Assembly: GCA_963668695.2 (NCBI GenBank)
Contig: CAXXLQ010000004.1
Location: 672,001-736,000 of the forward strand
Source of the DNA: Vicinamibacteria bacterium
GTDB lineage: Bacteria; Acidobacteriota; Vicinamibacteria; Marinacidobacterales; Marinacidobacteraceae
Direction: 5' to 3'
DNA: 64,000 nt
Shown here: positions 23,073-34,389 of the stretch, in pieces
Position numbering within the stretch: the stretch's first letter is position 1
Layout of the letters: every line of letters begins with the position of its first letter
Made by a program: the position numbers and the translations under genes
The notes under the pieces: generated by a model
The model's input: only the letters and a program-made list of their open reading frames with translations
The model's database searches: none
Told to the model about the DNA's origin: nothing

Positions 23073-26000
23073 TCAGTTCTTGGCGCGGATCAGCTCGATG
23101 TCGAGCCCAAGGCTCTGGATTTCCGCCATCAGCACCTTGAACGATGCGGGCACTTCAGGCGAATAGCTCGTGTCGCCCTTCACGATGGACTCGTAGACCT
23201 TGGCCCGGCCCCGAACGTCATCGGACTTGACCGTCAGGATCTCCTGGAGAGTGTGCGCTGCCCCGTACGCTTCGATGGCCCACACCTCCATTTCTCCGAA
23301 CCTCTGCCCGCCGAACTGCGCCTTTCCGCCAAGCGGCTGCTGCGTGATCAGGCTGTACGGCCCGATGCTTCGTGCGTGCATCTTGTCATCCACGAGGTGC
23401 CCGAGCTTGAGCATGTAGATGTAACCGCAGGTCACGGGCTGCTCGAACGGTCTGCCGGTCCGGCCGTCGTAGAGAACGGTCTTGCCATCCTCGAGAACAT
23501 TGGCTCGCAGCCCATCCACGGCTCTGGCCATATCGTTGGCCTCGTCGAGGAGGGCGCGAATGTCACTCTCACGAGCACCGTCGAAGACCGGCGTTGCGAA
23601 GTGTCGGTCGAGCACACGAGCCGCCCAACCAAGGTGCGTCTCAAGGACCTGACCGATGTTCATGCGCGAAGGGACGCCAAGTGGATTCAGGATGATGTCC
23701 GCTGGCGTGCCATCCGGAAGGAACGGCATGTCTTCGACCGGCACGATCTTGGCGATGACGCCTTTGTTGCCGTGTCGACCCGCCATCTTGTCGCCCACGC
23801 TGAGTTTGCGCTTCATGGCCACGTATACCTTGACCATCTTGATGACGCCCGGAGGAAGGTCGTCGCCCTGGCTCACCACTGCCTGCTGCTCGTCGCGGCG
23901 GACGGAAAGCAGATCCAGTTGCTCTTCCGTCTTTTCCTGGATCTCTTGGATCTCATCCCTGACGTCGTCCGCAAGATCGGTCTCGAGCAACGGGACGAAG
24001 TCCATCCGATTTGAGAGCAGCCGCTGCGTGAGTCGCGTGCCCTTGGGAAGCTCGATTTCCCCGGTGGCAGGGTTCATGCAGTCTTCCACCAAGCGGGCGC
24101 CAACCATGCGCTGAACGATGCGCTTGTCACACTCCTCACGGAGGATGCGCTCTTCATCGCGGTAGTCGCGATCGATGGCCTCGATGTCGTCCGCCTGGAT
24201 CGTCAATGCGCGGTCGTCCCGATCCGCGTCCTTCCGGTGGAAGACTCGAACGTCGACAACGACGCCTTCAACGCCGGACGGGCACTTGAGCGACGAGTTC
24301 TTTACATCTCCCGCCTTGTCCCCGAATATGGCCCTAAGGAGCTTCTCCTCCGGAGTCAACTGTGCTTCGGCTTTGGGTGTGACTCGTCCTACCAGGATGT
24401 CGCCGGGACTCACCCGCGCCCCAATGCTGACAATGCCCGATTCGTCGAGATTCCTGAGGAAACTCTCGGCGACACCCGGCACCTCGCGGGTTATGGACTC
24501 CGGACCCAGCTTGGTGTCCCGCGCCTGCACAGTGTGTTCTTCGATGTGGATCGAGGTGTAGCTGTCATCCTGGATGAGCCGCTCCGAAACGATGATCGCG
24601 TCCTCGAAGTTGTAGCCGCGCCAAGGCATGAAGGCGACCAGCACATTGCGGCCAAGCGCCAGTTCACCGCCGTCGGTGCAAGGACCGTCCGCGATGATCT
24701 GACCCTTCACAACCGGTTCGCCAACTCCCACGAGAGGCTTCTGGTTGATTGACGTGTTCTGGTTGGAGCGGCGGAATTTCTTCAAGCGGTAGATGCTTGC
24801 TCCAATCTCCGTCTCTTCTGCAGTATCGCCTTCCTTTCGAACAATGATGCGGCGCCCGTCCACACGGTCTACCACGCCGTTCTCCCGGCAGACGATGACC
24901 GAACCGGAATCCCGCGCGGTCACGAATTCCATACCGGTACCCACAAGGGGCGCTTCCGCGGAAATCAATGGCACGGCCTGACGCTGCATGTTGGAACCCA
25001 TCAGAGCCCGGTTGGCATCGTCGTTCTCCAGGAACGGCACGAGCGATGCCGCCACCGACACGATCTGCTTGGGGGAGACATCAATGAAATCGACGTTTTC
25101 TCTGGCAGCGGGAACGAAGTCGCCTTCGTGGCGGCAGTTGACCCGGGAGTCGAGAAGTTCGCCGTCGTCGCTTACCCTGGCGTTCGCCTGAGCGATCGTG
25201 TGGCGCTCTTCCTCGAGTGCCGAGAGGTAAAACGCGTGAGGGATCAACGTAGCGGGACGCCGGCGGCGCCCGAGCTTCTCGTTTGCAGCGTCGGCTTCTC
25301 CCTTCGGCACGATGGCGTCGAGTTCGAGCTTCGTGTCGCCAGGGTCCTCAACCCGGACGTAGTCCACGACCCGCCCGTTCGCGACTTTCCGGTAAGGGCT
25401 CTGGATGAAGCCGTAGTTGTCGATCTTCGCGTAACACGCCAGGGAACTGATCAGACCGATGTTGGGGCCTTCAGGCGTCTCGATCGGGCAGATGCGCCCA
25501 TAGTGCGTCGCGTGAACGTCCCGCACGTCGAACTTCGCTCGATCACGGGATAGTCCTCCCGGCCCGAGCGCCGACAGGCGACGCTTGTGCGTCACCTCCG
25601 AGAGCGGATTCGTCTGCTCCATGAACTGCGAGAGCTGCGAAGCACCGAAGAACTCACGAACTGCGGCGGTTACGGGCTTTGCGTTGATCAGGTCCCGCGG
25701 CATCGCGGTCGTCATTTCCTGATACACGTTCATCTTTTCCCGAATCGCTCGCTCCATCCGCACCAGGCCCAGCCGGAACTGATTCTCCAGCAGCTCACCC
25801 ACGGACCGGACCCGGCGGTTCCCGAGGTGATCGATGTCGTCCGCCCGATAGCCGCCCGCACCGCCCGTCAGGCGAAGCAGATAGTCCAGGACGAGGACGA
25901 AATCCTCTTCGGCGAGGATGGTTCGATTGGGGTCCATCTCGCGTTCGAGCTTGGTCGCCAGCTTCCGCCGCCCAACCCGCGAGAAGTCGTACTTCTGCTC

Positions 26001-27296
26001 ATTGAAGAACAGGTTGTGGAGAAGGTTTCGGGAACTCTCCACGGTCGGCTGATCACCGGGACGCTGCCGCCGGTACAGCTCCACCAGCGCCCCATCCACG
26101 CTCTCGGCGTTGGGTGCATCCGTGCCGCGCTGTCTGGTGAGCGGATCCTTTTCCAACGTGTCCGCCAGAACGGTGCCAACCGGGTCCGCTCCGGGCAGAA
26201 TGACCCGAATCGGTCCGACGTCTCCAAGTTCCTCGACCAGCTCCGGTGTCAGCCGGGTGTTGGCCGGCACTTCCTCACCCGTGTCCGGGATGGTCACGGG
26301 AGCGGCGAGCCGGAAACCGCCGAAGGCTTCCAACTGGAACTCAAGCGCCTCGCGGCTCTGCCGCGCCAAGCGCCTGATGTCACCCCGACTGATGCGCTTC
26401 CCTCCCTCGATGACGACCTCTCCGTCCGATTCGATGCTCTGCTCGGTGCGCTCGTCGAGGAGCATCTCCTTCAGCTCGTCGGTCAACGGGAGGCGGACCC
26501 GGCTCGCGGAAAGAACCGCTTCATGCACGCGATAGAAGCGCGCCACGATCGACTCCGTCTTCCCGAACCCGAGCGCCCTCAGGAAAACCGTCGCCGGAAA
26601 GCGCTTCTTCCGGTCGATGCGAACCTGCAGAAGGCCCCTGGCATCGGTTTCGAATTCGAGCCAGGAACCCCGATAGGGCACCACCTGAGCCAGAAAACAT
26701 CCGCGCTCCGCCTCATGGAAGAAAACGCCGGGTGAGCGATGCAACTGGGATACGACGACCCGTTCGGTACCGTTGATGATGAACGTCCCGTTCTCGGTCA
26801 TTAGCGGGATATCGCCGAAGAAAACCTCTTCTTCCTTGATGTCGTGGATGGACCGCTGATTGGTTTCCGGATCCCGGTCCCACACCGTGAGCCTGATCTT
26901 TACCTTCAGCGGCACGGCATACGTCTTGCCGCGCTGCTGGCACTGCTCTACGTCGTGCTCGACCTTGAGGTGCACCCGATCTCCGCAGTAATTGCAGACC
27001 GAACCGTTCCGGGTCTGCTCTATGCCCTCGAGTTCGCCGCAACTGCAGGCCCACCGCCCTACCGAATACTCGAGGAAGTCGAGTTCGCAGTTGTCACGGA
27101 AATCCTTGATGGGGAAGATCGAGCGGAATACCGCCTGGAGACCGATCTCCTCGCGATCCTGCGGCTGTAGATCCTTCTGGAGGAATCGATCGTACGACCG
27201 GTGCTGGACCTCGATGAGTTTCGGCAGCGGGATCGACGCACGAATGCGCGAGAAGTCGTGCCGCGTCTTCTTTGGAGTGATTTCAGCAGTCAGCAT
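23073..27296 (-). CDS. rpoB: RNA polymerase beta subunit
   Basis: [29 protein letters not shown]; start likely ATG 27296. Confidence 0.99.
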   Translation of the reverse strand: MLTAEITPKKTRHDFSRIRASIPLPKLIEVQHRSYDRFLQKDLQPQDREEIGLQAVFRSIFPIKDFRDNCELDFLEYSVGRWACSCGELEGIEQTRNGSVCNYCGDRVHLKVEHDVEQCQQRGKTYAVPLKVKIRLTVWDRDPETNQRSIHDIKEEEVFFGDIPLMTENGTFIINGTERVVVSQLHRSPGVFFHEAERGCFLAQVVPYRGSWLEFETDARGLLQVRIDRKKRFPATVFLRALGFGKTESIVARFYRVHEAVLSASRVRLPLTDELKEMLLDERTEQSIESDGEVVIEGGKRISRGDIRRLARQSREALEFQLEAFGGFRLAAPVTIPDTGEEVPANTRLTPELVEELGDVGPIRVILPGADPVGTVLADTLEKDPLTRQRGTDAPNAESVDGALVELYRRQRPGDQPTVESSRNLLHNLFFNEQKYDFSRVGRRKLATKLEREMDPNRTILAEEDFVLVLDYLLRLTGGAGGYRADDIDHLGNRRVRSVGELLENQFRLGLVRMERAIREKMNVYQEMTTAMPRDLINAKPVTAAVREFFGASQLSQFMEQTNPLSEVTHKRRLSALGPGGLSRDRAKFDVRDVHATHYGRICPIETPEGPNIGLISSLACYAKIDNYGFIQSPYRKVANGRVVDYVRVEDPGDTKLELDAIVPKGEADAANEKLGRRRRPATLIPHAFYLSALEEERHTIAQANARVSDDGELLDSRVNCRHEGDFVPAARENVDFIDVSPKQIVSVAASLVPFLENDDANRALMGSNMQRQAVPLISAEAPLVGTGMEFVTARDSGSVIVCRENGVVDRVDGRRIIVRKEGDTAEETEIGASIYRLKKFRRSNQNTSINQKPLVGVGEPVVKGQIIADGPCTDGGELALGRNVLVAFMPWRGYNFEDAIIVSERLIQDDSYTSIHIEEHTVQARDTKLGPESITREVPGVAESFLRNLDESGIVSIGARVSPGDILVGRVTPKAEAQLTPEEKLLRAIFGDKAGDVKNSSLKCPSGVEGVVVDVRVFHRKDADRDDRALTIQADDIEAIDRDYRDEERILREECDKRIVQRMVGARLVEDCMNPATGEIELPKGTRLTQRLLSNRMDFVPLLETDLADDVRDEIQEIQEKTEEQLDLLSVRRDEQQAVVSQGDDLPPGVIKMVKVYVAMKRKLSVGDKMAGRHGNKGVIAKIVPVEDMPFLPDGTPADIILNPLGVPSRMNIGQVLETHLGWAARVLDRHFATPVFDGARESDIRALLDEANDMARAVDGLRANVLEDGKTVLYDGRTGRPFEQPVTCGYIYMLKLGHLVDDKMHARSIGPYSLITQQPLGGKAQFGGQRFGEMEVWAIEAYGAAHTLQEILTVKSDDVRGRAKVYESIVKGDTSYSPEVPASFKVLMAEIQSLGLDIELIRAKN

Positions 27297-27485
27297 GAGG
27301 ACGGCCTGTTCGCGTAGATACACGACACCCGACACATCCCGAGGTCGTCCGGAGACGCCTCGATGAGCCGGGAGATGGTCCGGAAGGTCGCCTCCACGCA
27401 CGCCGATGGTGGTCCTCCACCATCAGCGAAACGCGGTACGCGGCGAAACCGGGAGAAAAGAACTGGCAAAGGGGGCGCACCCGAT

Positions 27486-27875
27486 CTACTTAATTTCGAT
27501 CGTTGCGCCGACTTCCTTGAATCGCTCCTGGATCTGCTTGGCCTCCTCCATGGGGATGGCTTCCTTGACCGCCTTCGGAGCCTCTTCGACAAGCGTCTTC
27601 GCCTCGCGAAGGCCGAGACTCGTCAGCTCCCGAACGGCCTTGATGACCTGAACCCGATTTGGACCTGTCTCGGTGAGTACGGCATCAAACTCCGTCTGTT
27701 CCTCGACTGGTTCCGCGTCGCCGCCACCGGCAGCGACTGCCATCGGCATGGCGGCCGCCGCGGAAACTCCGAGCCCGTCTTCGAGCGCCTTGACGAGTTC
27801 CGAGAGCTCCAACACGGAAAGCTGCTTGACGTGGTTGACAACATCCTGCTGGGTGATTGTCGACATGGTGGACAT
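27486..27875 (-). CDS. rplL: 50S ribosomal protein L7/L12
   Basis: LELSELVKALE..GVSAAA, EEQTEF, VIKAVRELT.LGLREAK. Confidence 0.97.
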   Translation of the reverse strand: MSTMSTITQQDVVNHVKQLSVLELSELVKALEDGLGVSAAAAMPMAVAAGGGDAEPVEEQTEFDAVLTETGPNRVQVIKAVRELTSLGLREAKTLVEEAPKAVKEAIPMEEAKQIQERFKEVGATIEIK

Positions 27876-27977
27876 CTACTCCTTACGCCTCAATCGAAAC
27901 TGGGCGAATACACTGGGAACGAGAGACCGGAACCGACGATGCGCCGAGGTCCGAATCACATGGGCTGCGGAGGGCCA

Positions 27978-28511
27978 CTATTCGGCTCCCCTGCCGTCGG
28001 CAGCCTTTTGTTCGGCTGCCTTGAGCACGAGTACAAGCTTCCGGGGAACTCCCTCGAGGACATTCATGAGATTCCGGATCGGCGCCGCGATGACGGCGAC
28101 GAGCTGGGCACGGAGGACTTCCTGACCCGGAAGTTTCGCCAGCGCTTCGAACTGCTGCGGTCCGACTTTCTGGTCGGACACGACTCCACCCTTGTACTCG
28201 AAGGCCTTGAACTGCGTGGTTCCTTGGTGGAGGGCCTTGGCCAAGGCCACCGGATTTTCTTCACACCAGGCAAGTCCGGTCATTCCGACGAGTTGATCGT
28301 CCAATCCGGCAATGCCGGCCTCCTCAAAGGCCCACTTCGCCGTGCTGTTCTTCACGACGCGGTACTTGCCACCGGCTTCGCGGACCAGGCGACGAAGGTC
28401 CGTGACTTCCCCCACGGAAAGGCCTCGGTAATCGAAAGAAAACACCGCTGCCTGAGATTTCAGTAGCGCGGCGAGCGACGTCGCGGCATCCCGCTTCTCC
28501 ATGCGTTGCAT
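27978..28511 (-). CDS. rplJ: 50S ribosomal protein L10
   Basis: DYRGLSV..TDLR, YRVVKN, LAKLP; synteny. Confidence 0.96.
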   Translation of the reverse strand: MQRMEKRDAATSLAALLKSQAAVFSFDYRGLSVGEVTDLRRLVREAGGKYRVVKNSTAKWAFEEAGIAGLDDQLVGMTGLAWCEENPVALAKALHQGTTQFKAFEYKGGVVSDQKVGPQQFEALAKLPGQEVLRAQLVAVIAAPIRNLMNVLEGVPRKLVLVLKAAEQKAADGRGAE

Positions 28512-28544
28512 CGTTTCGACCTTTCCTCGAATCTCCGGTTGGAT

Positions 28545-29234
28545 CTACTTGGCGTCGACCAGTGACGGACTGATGCGGAGGCCGGGGCTCATCGTCGAGC
28601 TAAGGGCGACACTCTGGATATAACGACCCTTTGCCGCCGCGGGCTTCGATCGAACCACCGCAGAGACAAGGGCAAGCGTGTTTTCCACCAGCCGCTCGTC
28701 GGAGAAGGAGAGTTTTCCTACCGGGGCATGAATGTTGGACGTCTTGTCCACCCGATAGTCCACTTTTCCGGCCTTGATCTCCTGGACCGCCTTCGTTACA
28801 TCGAAGGTAACGGTTCCGGATTTGGGGTTGGGCATCATGCCGCGCGGCCCGAGAATCCGGCCGAGCTTACCGACCGACCGCATCATGTCCGGCGTCGCCA
28901 CTACGGCTTCAAAATCAAGAAATCCGCTCTGGATTCGAGCGACCATGTCGTCTCCGCCAACCTCATCGGCGCCCGCTTCCTCGGCTTCTTTCGCCTTCTC
29001 CCCTGAAGCGATGACCACGACACGACGCGCGATTCCAAGTCCATGAGGAAGAACTACTGAACCGCGGACCATTTGATCGGCGTGGCGCGGGTCCACTCCG
29101 AGCCGCATGGCGATTTCGGCGGTTTCGTCAAAGGACGCAAAGCTCGCGGTCCGGAGGGTCGCAAAGGCCTCTCCGAGTGTTTCCGGAGTCGCATCCGCGA
29201 GAGTGGATTTCGCCGCTGTGTATTTCTTTCCCAT
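28545..29234 (-). CDS. rplA: 50S ribosomal protein L1
   Basis: [30 protein letters not shown]; start ATG 29234 (229 aa). Confidence 0.98.
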   Translation of the reverse strand: MGKKYTAAKSTLADATPETLGEAFATLRTASFASFDETAEIAMRLGVDPRHADQMVRGSVVLPHGLGIARRVVVIASGEKAKEAEEAGADEVGGDDMVARIQSGFLDFEAVVATPDMMRSVGKLGRILGPRGMMPNPKSGTVTFDVTKAVQEIKAGKVDYRVDKTSNIHAPVGKLSFSDERLVENTLALVSAVVRSKPAAAKGRYIQSVALSSTMSPGLRISPSLVDAK

Positions 29235-29304
29235 AATCTGTATCACGATCGTGATTGCCGTTTCTGAACCTCTACGAGCCGGTGGCACGAGTTGCCCATC
29301 GTGA

Positions 29305-29361
29305 CCCTGCGGCGCGGAGCGCCGCAGGGGTGGGGTGTGGGGAGGGGTTTCCCCTCCCCAC
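29305..29361. repeat. Twin GC-rich hairpins in the rplK-rplA spacer
   Basis: CCCTGCGGCGC-GGA-GCGCCGCAGGG and GTGGGGAGGGG-TTT-CCCCTCCCCAC, both perfect 11-bp stems. Confidence 0.75.
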
Positions 29362-29497
29362 GAAAAACGGTGGGGAGAATCGCGTAGCGGCTCGCACCAC
29401 CATCCCGTGGTGAAAGCGCCCCGCAGCGGAAAGAACTCCACCGAGTTCGCGTGTCTTTCATTGTGGGGACCATGCGGGGTGCTTTTTCCACGGGTTG

Positions 29498-29917
29498 CTA
29501 GCCGACCTCGATCCCCATGCTGCGCGCCGTTCCTTCAATGATTCGGCGCGCGGCATCGATGTCACCGGCATTGAGATCCTGCATCTTGATCCGGGCGATT
29601 TCCTCGACCTGACTGACAGACACTTTTCCCACGCGGATCCGGTTCGGCTCGCCAGATCCCTTCGCAATTCCCGCGGCACGTTTCAGGAGGACTGCGGCAG
29701 GCGGAGTCTTGGTAATGAAGCTGAACGATCGGTCCTGATACACCGTGACGACACACGGAATGATCATTCCGGGGTCGTTGGCCGTCTTCGCGTTGAAGGA
29801 CTTGCAAAAGTCCATGATGTTGATCCCATGTTGCCCGAGCGCGGGGCCAACCGGCGGCGCAGGCGTCGCTTTGCCCGCGGGCAACTGGATCTTCGCAACG
29901 GCAAGCACTTTCTTCAT
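29498..29917 (-). CDS. rplK: 50S ribosomal protein L11
   Basis: [32 protein letters not shown]. Confidence 0.98.
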   Translation of the reverse strand: MKKVLAVAKIQLPAGKATPAPPVGPALGQHGINIMDFCKSFNAKTANDPGMIIPCVVTVYQDRSFSFITKTPPAAVLLKRAAGIAKGSGEPNRIRVGKVSVSQVEEIARIKMQDLNAGDIDAARRIIEGTARSMGIEVG

Positions 29918-29939
29918 CGCAATCTCTCCCGGTGGACGC

Positions 29940-30467
29940 TCAGACCTTCTCCACCTCGAGGAACTCCAGTTCCACGGGGGTAGAACGTCCGAAGATCGTG
30001 ACCATGACCTTCACTTTGTTGCGATCAGGCTGGACTTCATCCACGACACCCTGAAAGCCATTGAAAGGGCCGTGAATGATGCGCACGGATTCGCCCGTCT
30101 GAAACGTGTGCCTCAGTTTTGGCGCCTGGCTCGCATCGTCCATCTGTTCCCGAATACGGAGGACTTCATCGTCGGGCATGGGCTGCGGTTTGTGCGGCGG
30201 TACAAAACCCATGACCTTGTCGGTGTTCTTGACTACTTGCCACGTATCCGCGTTCATCTCCATGTTGACCAGCACATATCCCGGATAGACCTGTTTGGTC
30301 GTGACCACGCGGCGTCCACCGCGCATTTCAACGACCTTCTCGGTCGGAATCAGGATCTCGCCGATCTGATCTCCGAGTCCGTACGCGGTGGCGCGATGGC
30401 GCAGGGCCTCCTTGACGCTCTCCTCGAACTTGGAGTGCGTCGAAACGATGAACCACTCTCTCGCCAT
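29940..30467 (-). CDS. nusG: Transcription factor NusG
   Basis: YPGYVLV.M, KOW motif [20 protein letters not shown]. Confidence 0.97.
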   Translation of the reverse strand: MAREWFIVSTHSKFEESVKEALRHRATAYGLGDQIGEILIPTEKVVEMRGGRRVVTTKQVYPGYVLVNMEMNADTWQVVKNTDKVMGFVPPHKPQPMPDDEVLRIREQMDDASQAPKLRHTFQTGESVRIIHGPFNGFQGVVDEVQPDRNKVKVMVTIFGRSTPVELEFLEVEKV

Positions 30468-30471
30468 GGAA

Positions 30472-30681
30472 CTACCCGATCAGATTCGTGATGAATGCCG
30501 AGATGTACGACATGACGATATCGAGGCCATACAGGTAGAACCCGAAGAAGAAGACGGTTATCAACACGATGATCGTGGTGCCCCGTACCTCATCCCTGGT
30601 CGGCCAGGTGACCTTGTCCAACTCCCCCCGGACTTCCCCGAGAAAAGTGCGGGCCGTTCCGAGCCGGTCGAGCGCGCTCAA
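30472..30681 (-). CDS. secE: Preprotein translocase SecE
   Basis: ELDKVTWPTR plus a TM helix; TTG 30681 preceded by AGGAGG. Confidence 0.93.
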   Translation of the reverse strand: MSALDRLGTARTFLGEVRGELDKVTWPTRDEVRGTTIIVLITVFFFGFYLYGLDIVMSYISAFITNLIG

Positions 30682-30723
30682 TGTCCGTGCCTCCTGTGGC
30701 AACTCCGCCGGGGAACATCGGGA

Positions 30724-30799
30724 TGGCAGGCCAGGAGGGGCTCGAACCCCCAACCCCCGGTTTTGGAGACCGGTGCTCTACCGATTGAGCTACTGGCCT
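30724..30799 (-). tRNA. tRNA-Trp(CCA)
   Basis: 76-nt cloverleaf AGGCCAG...CTCCAAA...GGTTCGAGC...CCA; rpmG-trp-secE context. Confidence 0.97.
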
Positions 30800-30863
30800 T
30801 CGCACCCCTCACATCACCAAGCGGCAATAAACCCGCGACGGAACCCGTAGGACGCATCCGAAT

Positions 30864-30911
30864 CCAACCTGACAGCCAACCTGACAGCCAATCTGACAGC
30901 CAATCTGACAG
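30864..30911. repeat. 4 x 12-bp tandem repeat CCAA(C/T)CTGACAG
   Basis: Read directly in the rpmG-tRNA-Trp spacer. Confidence 0.9.
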
Positions 30912-30964
30912 AGCCATCGCTCCGTACTCCCGATCAGCCAAGTCCATCGGCAGCCTGGGCGAAG

Positions 30965-31129
30965 TCAACGCGTCTCCCGGTGCAATACATGGGTCCTGCA
31001 GAAACGGCAATATTTGCTCAGTTCCATCCGGCCGGGATGAGTTGTCCGGTTCTTCGTCGTCGAATACGTACGCCGCTTGCAGTCCGTGCAGGCGAGCGCG
31101 ACGATCTGACGCTTCTTTTCGCGAGCCAT
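30965..31129 (-). CDS. rpmG: 50S ribosomal protein L33 (zinc type)
   Basis: [16 protein letters not shown]...[16 protein letters not shown]; start ATG 31129. Confidence 0.96.
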   Translation of the reverse strand: MAREKKRQIVALACTDCKRRTYSTTKNRTTHPGRMELSKYCRFCRTHVLHRETR

Positions 31130-31229
31130 TCTTTCCCCGTCGGTTGTGCTCCGTTGGAATCTCCCATGCATGGCCCCTTCGCAGACGACTCGCGTCGCCC
31201 GCGGAGAGACATTTTTCCGTTAACGCCGC

Positions 31230-32417
<1,188 letters not shown>

Positions 32418-32500
32418 CTGGTCTTCTCCTTGTTTGCTGCGAGATTTGCTGTGAGACCTGCGGAATCAGATCGTCCCCACAGTAGGGGTGGGGGCGAGAG

Positions 32501-32575
<75 letters not shown>

Positions 32576-32671
32576 GGAGACGAGGGCGGGGGCCGAAAGT
32601 GCTCCGGATCAGCCGGACGCCGAAGCATCGGCCACGGTCCCGGGACAACACGGACTGCGCCGCGCCTTTCA

Positions 32672-32747
32672 TGGAGCGGGAGACGGGATTCGGACCCGCG
32701 ACCCTCAGCTTGGAAGGCTGATGCTCTGCCAACTGAGCTACTCCCGC
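32672..32747 (-). tRNA. tRNA-Gly(TCC), atypical T-loop
   Basis: GCGGGAG..TCAGC-CTTCCAA-GCTGA..GCGGG-TCCGAAT-CCCGT..TCCA. Confidence 0.93.
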
Positions 32748-32927
32748 ATTATGGAATGAAAGAACCGCCGACAGTGGACGAACCGGGGGGCGAACCGGCG
32801 AACTCCGATCCGCGGACGCCAGTACGGCATGTCCCCGGTGGGAGCGCGTCGGATCGACCCGGAGCGAGCCGTTGTCGGTAGTCAAAGTGGGCAAATGGCT
32901 TCGGTTGGAGGAAACTTCGGAAGGAGG

Positions 32928-33013
32928 TGGTGGAGCGGGGAGGATTCGAACCTCCGAAGGCATAAGCCGGCAGGTTTACAGCCTGCTGCGTTTGGCCGCT
33001 TCGCTACCACTCC
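32928..33013 (-). tRNA. tRNA-Tyr(GTA)
   Basis: 86 nt with long variable arm; GCAGG-CTGTAAA-CCTGC; CCA encoded. Confidence 0.96.
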
Positions 33014-33198
33014 GCCCGAAGAAAACTCCGCCGCTCACGAGACTGGAAAGCAACCTCCCTGATAACCAACCGGTCGATCCGGACCAATCATCCGGACCAA
33101 TCATCCGGATCAACCCCTCCAGACCCAGCACCGTCCGGTCCGATCCGTTAGGGTCGGACCCGAAAAGGTCCGGCCCGATGCGATCTGGCCCGATCCGG

Positions 33199-33271
33199 AG
33201 CTGGCGAAGGGACTTGAACCCTTGACCGGCTGATTACAAATCAGCTGCTCTGCCTCCTGAGCTACGCCAGC
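33199..33271 (-). tRNA. tRNA-Thr(TGT), CCA not encoded
   Basis: CTGA-TTTGTAA-TCAG anticodon arm, GGTTCAAGT; followed by CCG. Confidence 0.95.
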
Positions 33272-33290
33272 GTGCACCGGCGAACGGCCC

Positions 33291-33320
33291 ATTATAGAAG
33301 CGCGCTCATCGCAGTGTCAA
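33291..33320 (-). promoter_or_regulatory. Consensus sigma70 promoter of the tRNA-tuf operon
   Basis: Minus strand TTGACA-18 nt-TATAAT followed by GC-rich GGGCC, 20 bp upstream of tRNA-Thr(TGT). Confidence 0.88.
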
Positions 33321-33368
33321 CTGCGAATCGGTGGCGGTGTCCCGCCCCGCGGTGGAGGTCTGGGGCGC

Positions 33369-33591
33369 CAGCGGTCGGTGGGCAAAGTGGCGTGAGCGCC
33401 AAGGCCAGCCAGTTCTCCCGGTGGGGGCGAGGCGCCCGGTTGACAAGGCGCGCGAGGGAGGAATACCGAGTGTATTTCGACCGAAGCGCAACGATTGAGC
33501 GCCTCGCAGAGGCGCGATTCAGCCGGGATGTATCGCCAGCCGAGCCCCCACCGGGAGAACTGGGCCGCGTCACTTTGTCCACCGGCCGCTA
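33369..33591 (+). mobile_element. Palindromic dispersed element, copy C (abuts the rlmB stop)
   Basis: 25-bp terminal pairing with 4 G.T wobbles; shared core; two opposed 19-bp modules. Confidence 0.88.
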
Positions 33592-34389
33592 GTCCAGTCC
33601 TCGCTGCCGCACGGTTTCATACAGCACGATGCCGGTGGCGACGGAAACGTTCAGGGAGCGAACCGAGCCCAGCTGCGGCAGGGAAACAAGGACTTCGCAC
33701 TCCTTCGAGACACCCGCCGCGAGGCCTCGTCCTTCAGACCCCACCGCCAAAACGGTGGGCTGTGTCCAGTCGAACTCGTGCCAGCGAGCGGTCGCCCGCG
33801 GGGTCAGCCCGACGGTCCAGTACCCATGAGCCTTGAGCGCCCGGAGGGCACTCGCGGCGCCCGGAATCCGAACGAGGCGGGCGCGCGCAATAGCCCCCGC
33901 CGACGCTGCGATCGCTACCGCTGAGGGCGGGGCGGCACCCCGGCGAGGCACCAAAACGGCGTCAACCCCCGCGCCGTCGGCGGCGCGGACCAGCGCCCCG
34001 AAATTCCGGGGATCTTCGATGCGGTCAAGCAGCAGAAGCAGGCTCGGCTTCGGTTCGAGGGACAAAACATCCCCGAGAGACAACCACCGTATCGGTGAGA
34101 CCTCGCACGCGGCCCCCTGATGACGTGCTCCCTCGGAAATCCTGTCCAGGTGCTGATTGGGAACCCGCTGCAGCGGAACCCCACGGGCCCGGGCGATCTT
34201 CAGCAGGGCCTCATGGCGGTACTGAAGCGGTCCCGTGCGAACCAGCACCCGCCGGACCTGATTCGGGATGCCCTGCAGTGTCTCCTCCACCCTGGCCGGG
34301 CCGAAGACCCAGGTCGCCCCTCGGTCCTCGTTACTCCTTTCGGCGGATTCGGCGTCCCTCTCCGGGCGACGCTTTTCGTGCTGCGTCAT
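33589..34389 (-). CDS. rlmB: 23S rRNA Gm2251 2'-O-methyltransferase (SPOUT family)
   Basis: HQG, DPRNFGALVR, GSEGRGL, SLNVSVA. Confidence 0.9.
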   Translation of the reverse strand: MTQHEKRRPERDAESAERSNEDRGATWVFGPARVEETLQGIPNQVRRVLVRTGPLQYRHEALLKIARARGVPLQRVPNQHLDRISEGARHQGAACEVSPIRWLSLGDVLSLEPKPSLLLLLDRIEDPRNFGALVRAADGAGVDAVLVPRRGAAPPSAVAIAASAGAIARARLVRIPGAASALRALKAHGYWTVGLTPRATARWHEFDWTQPTVLAVGSEGRGLAAGVSKECEVLVSLPQLGSVRSLNVSVATGIVLYETVRQRGLD

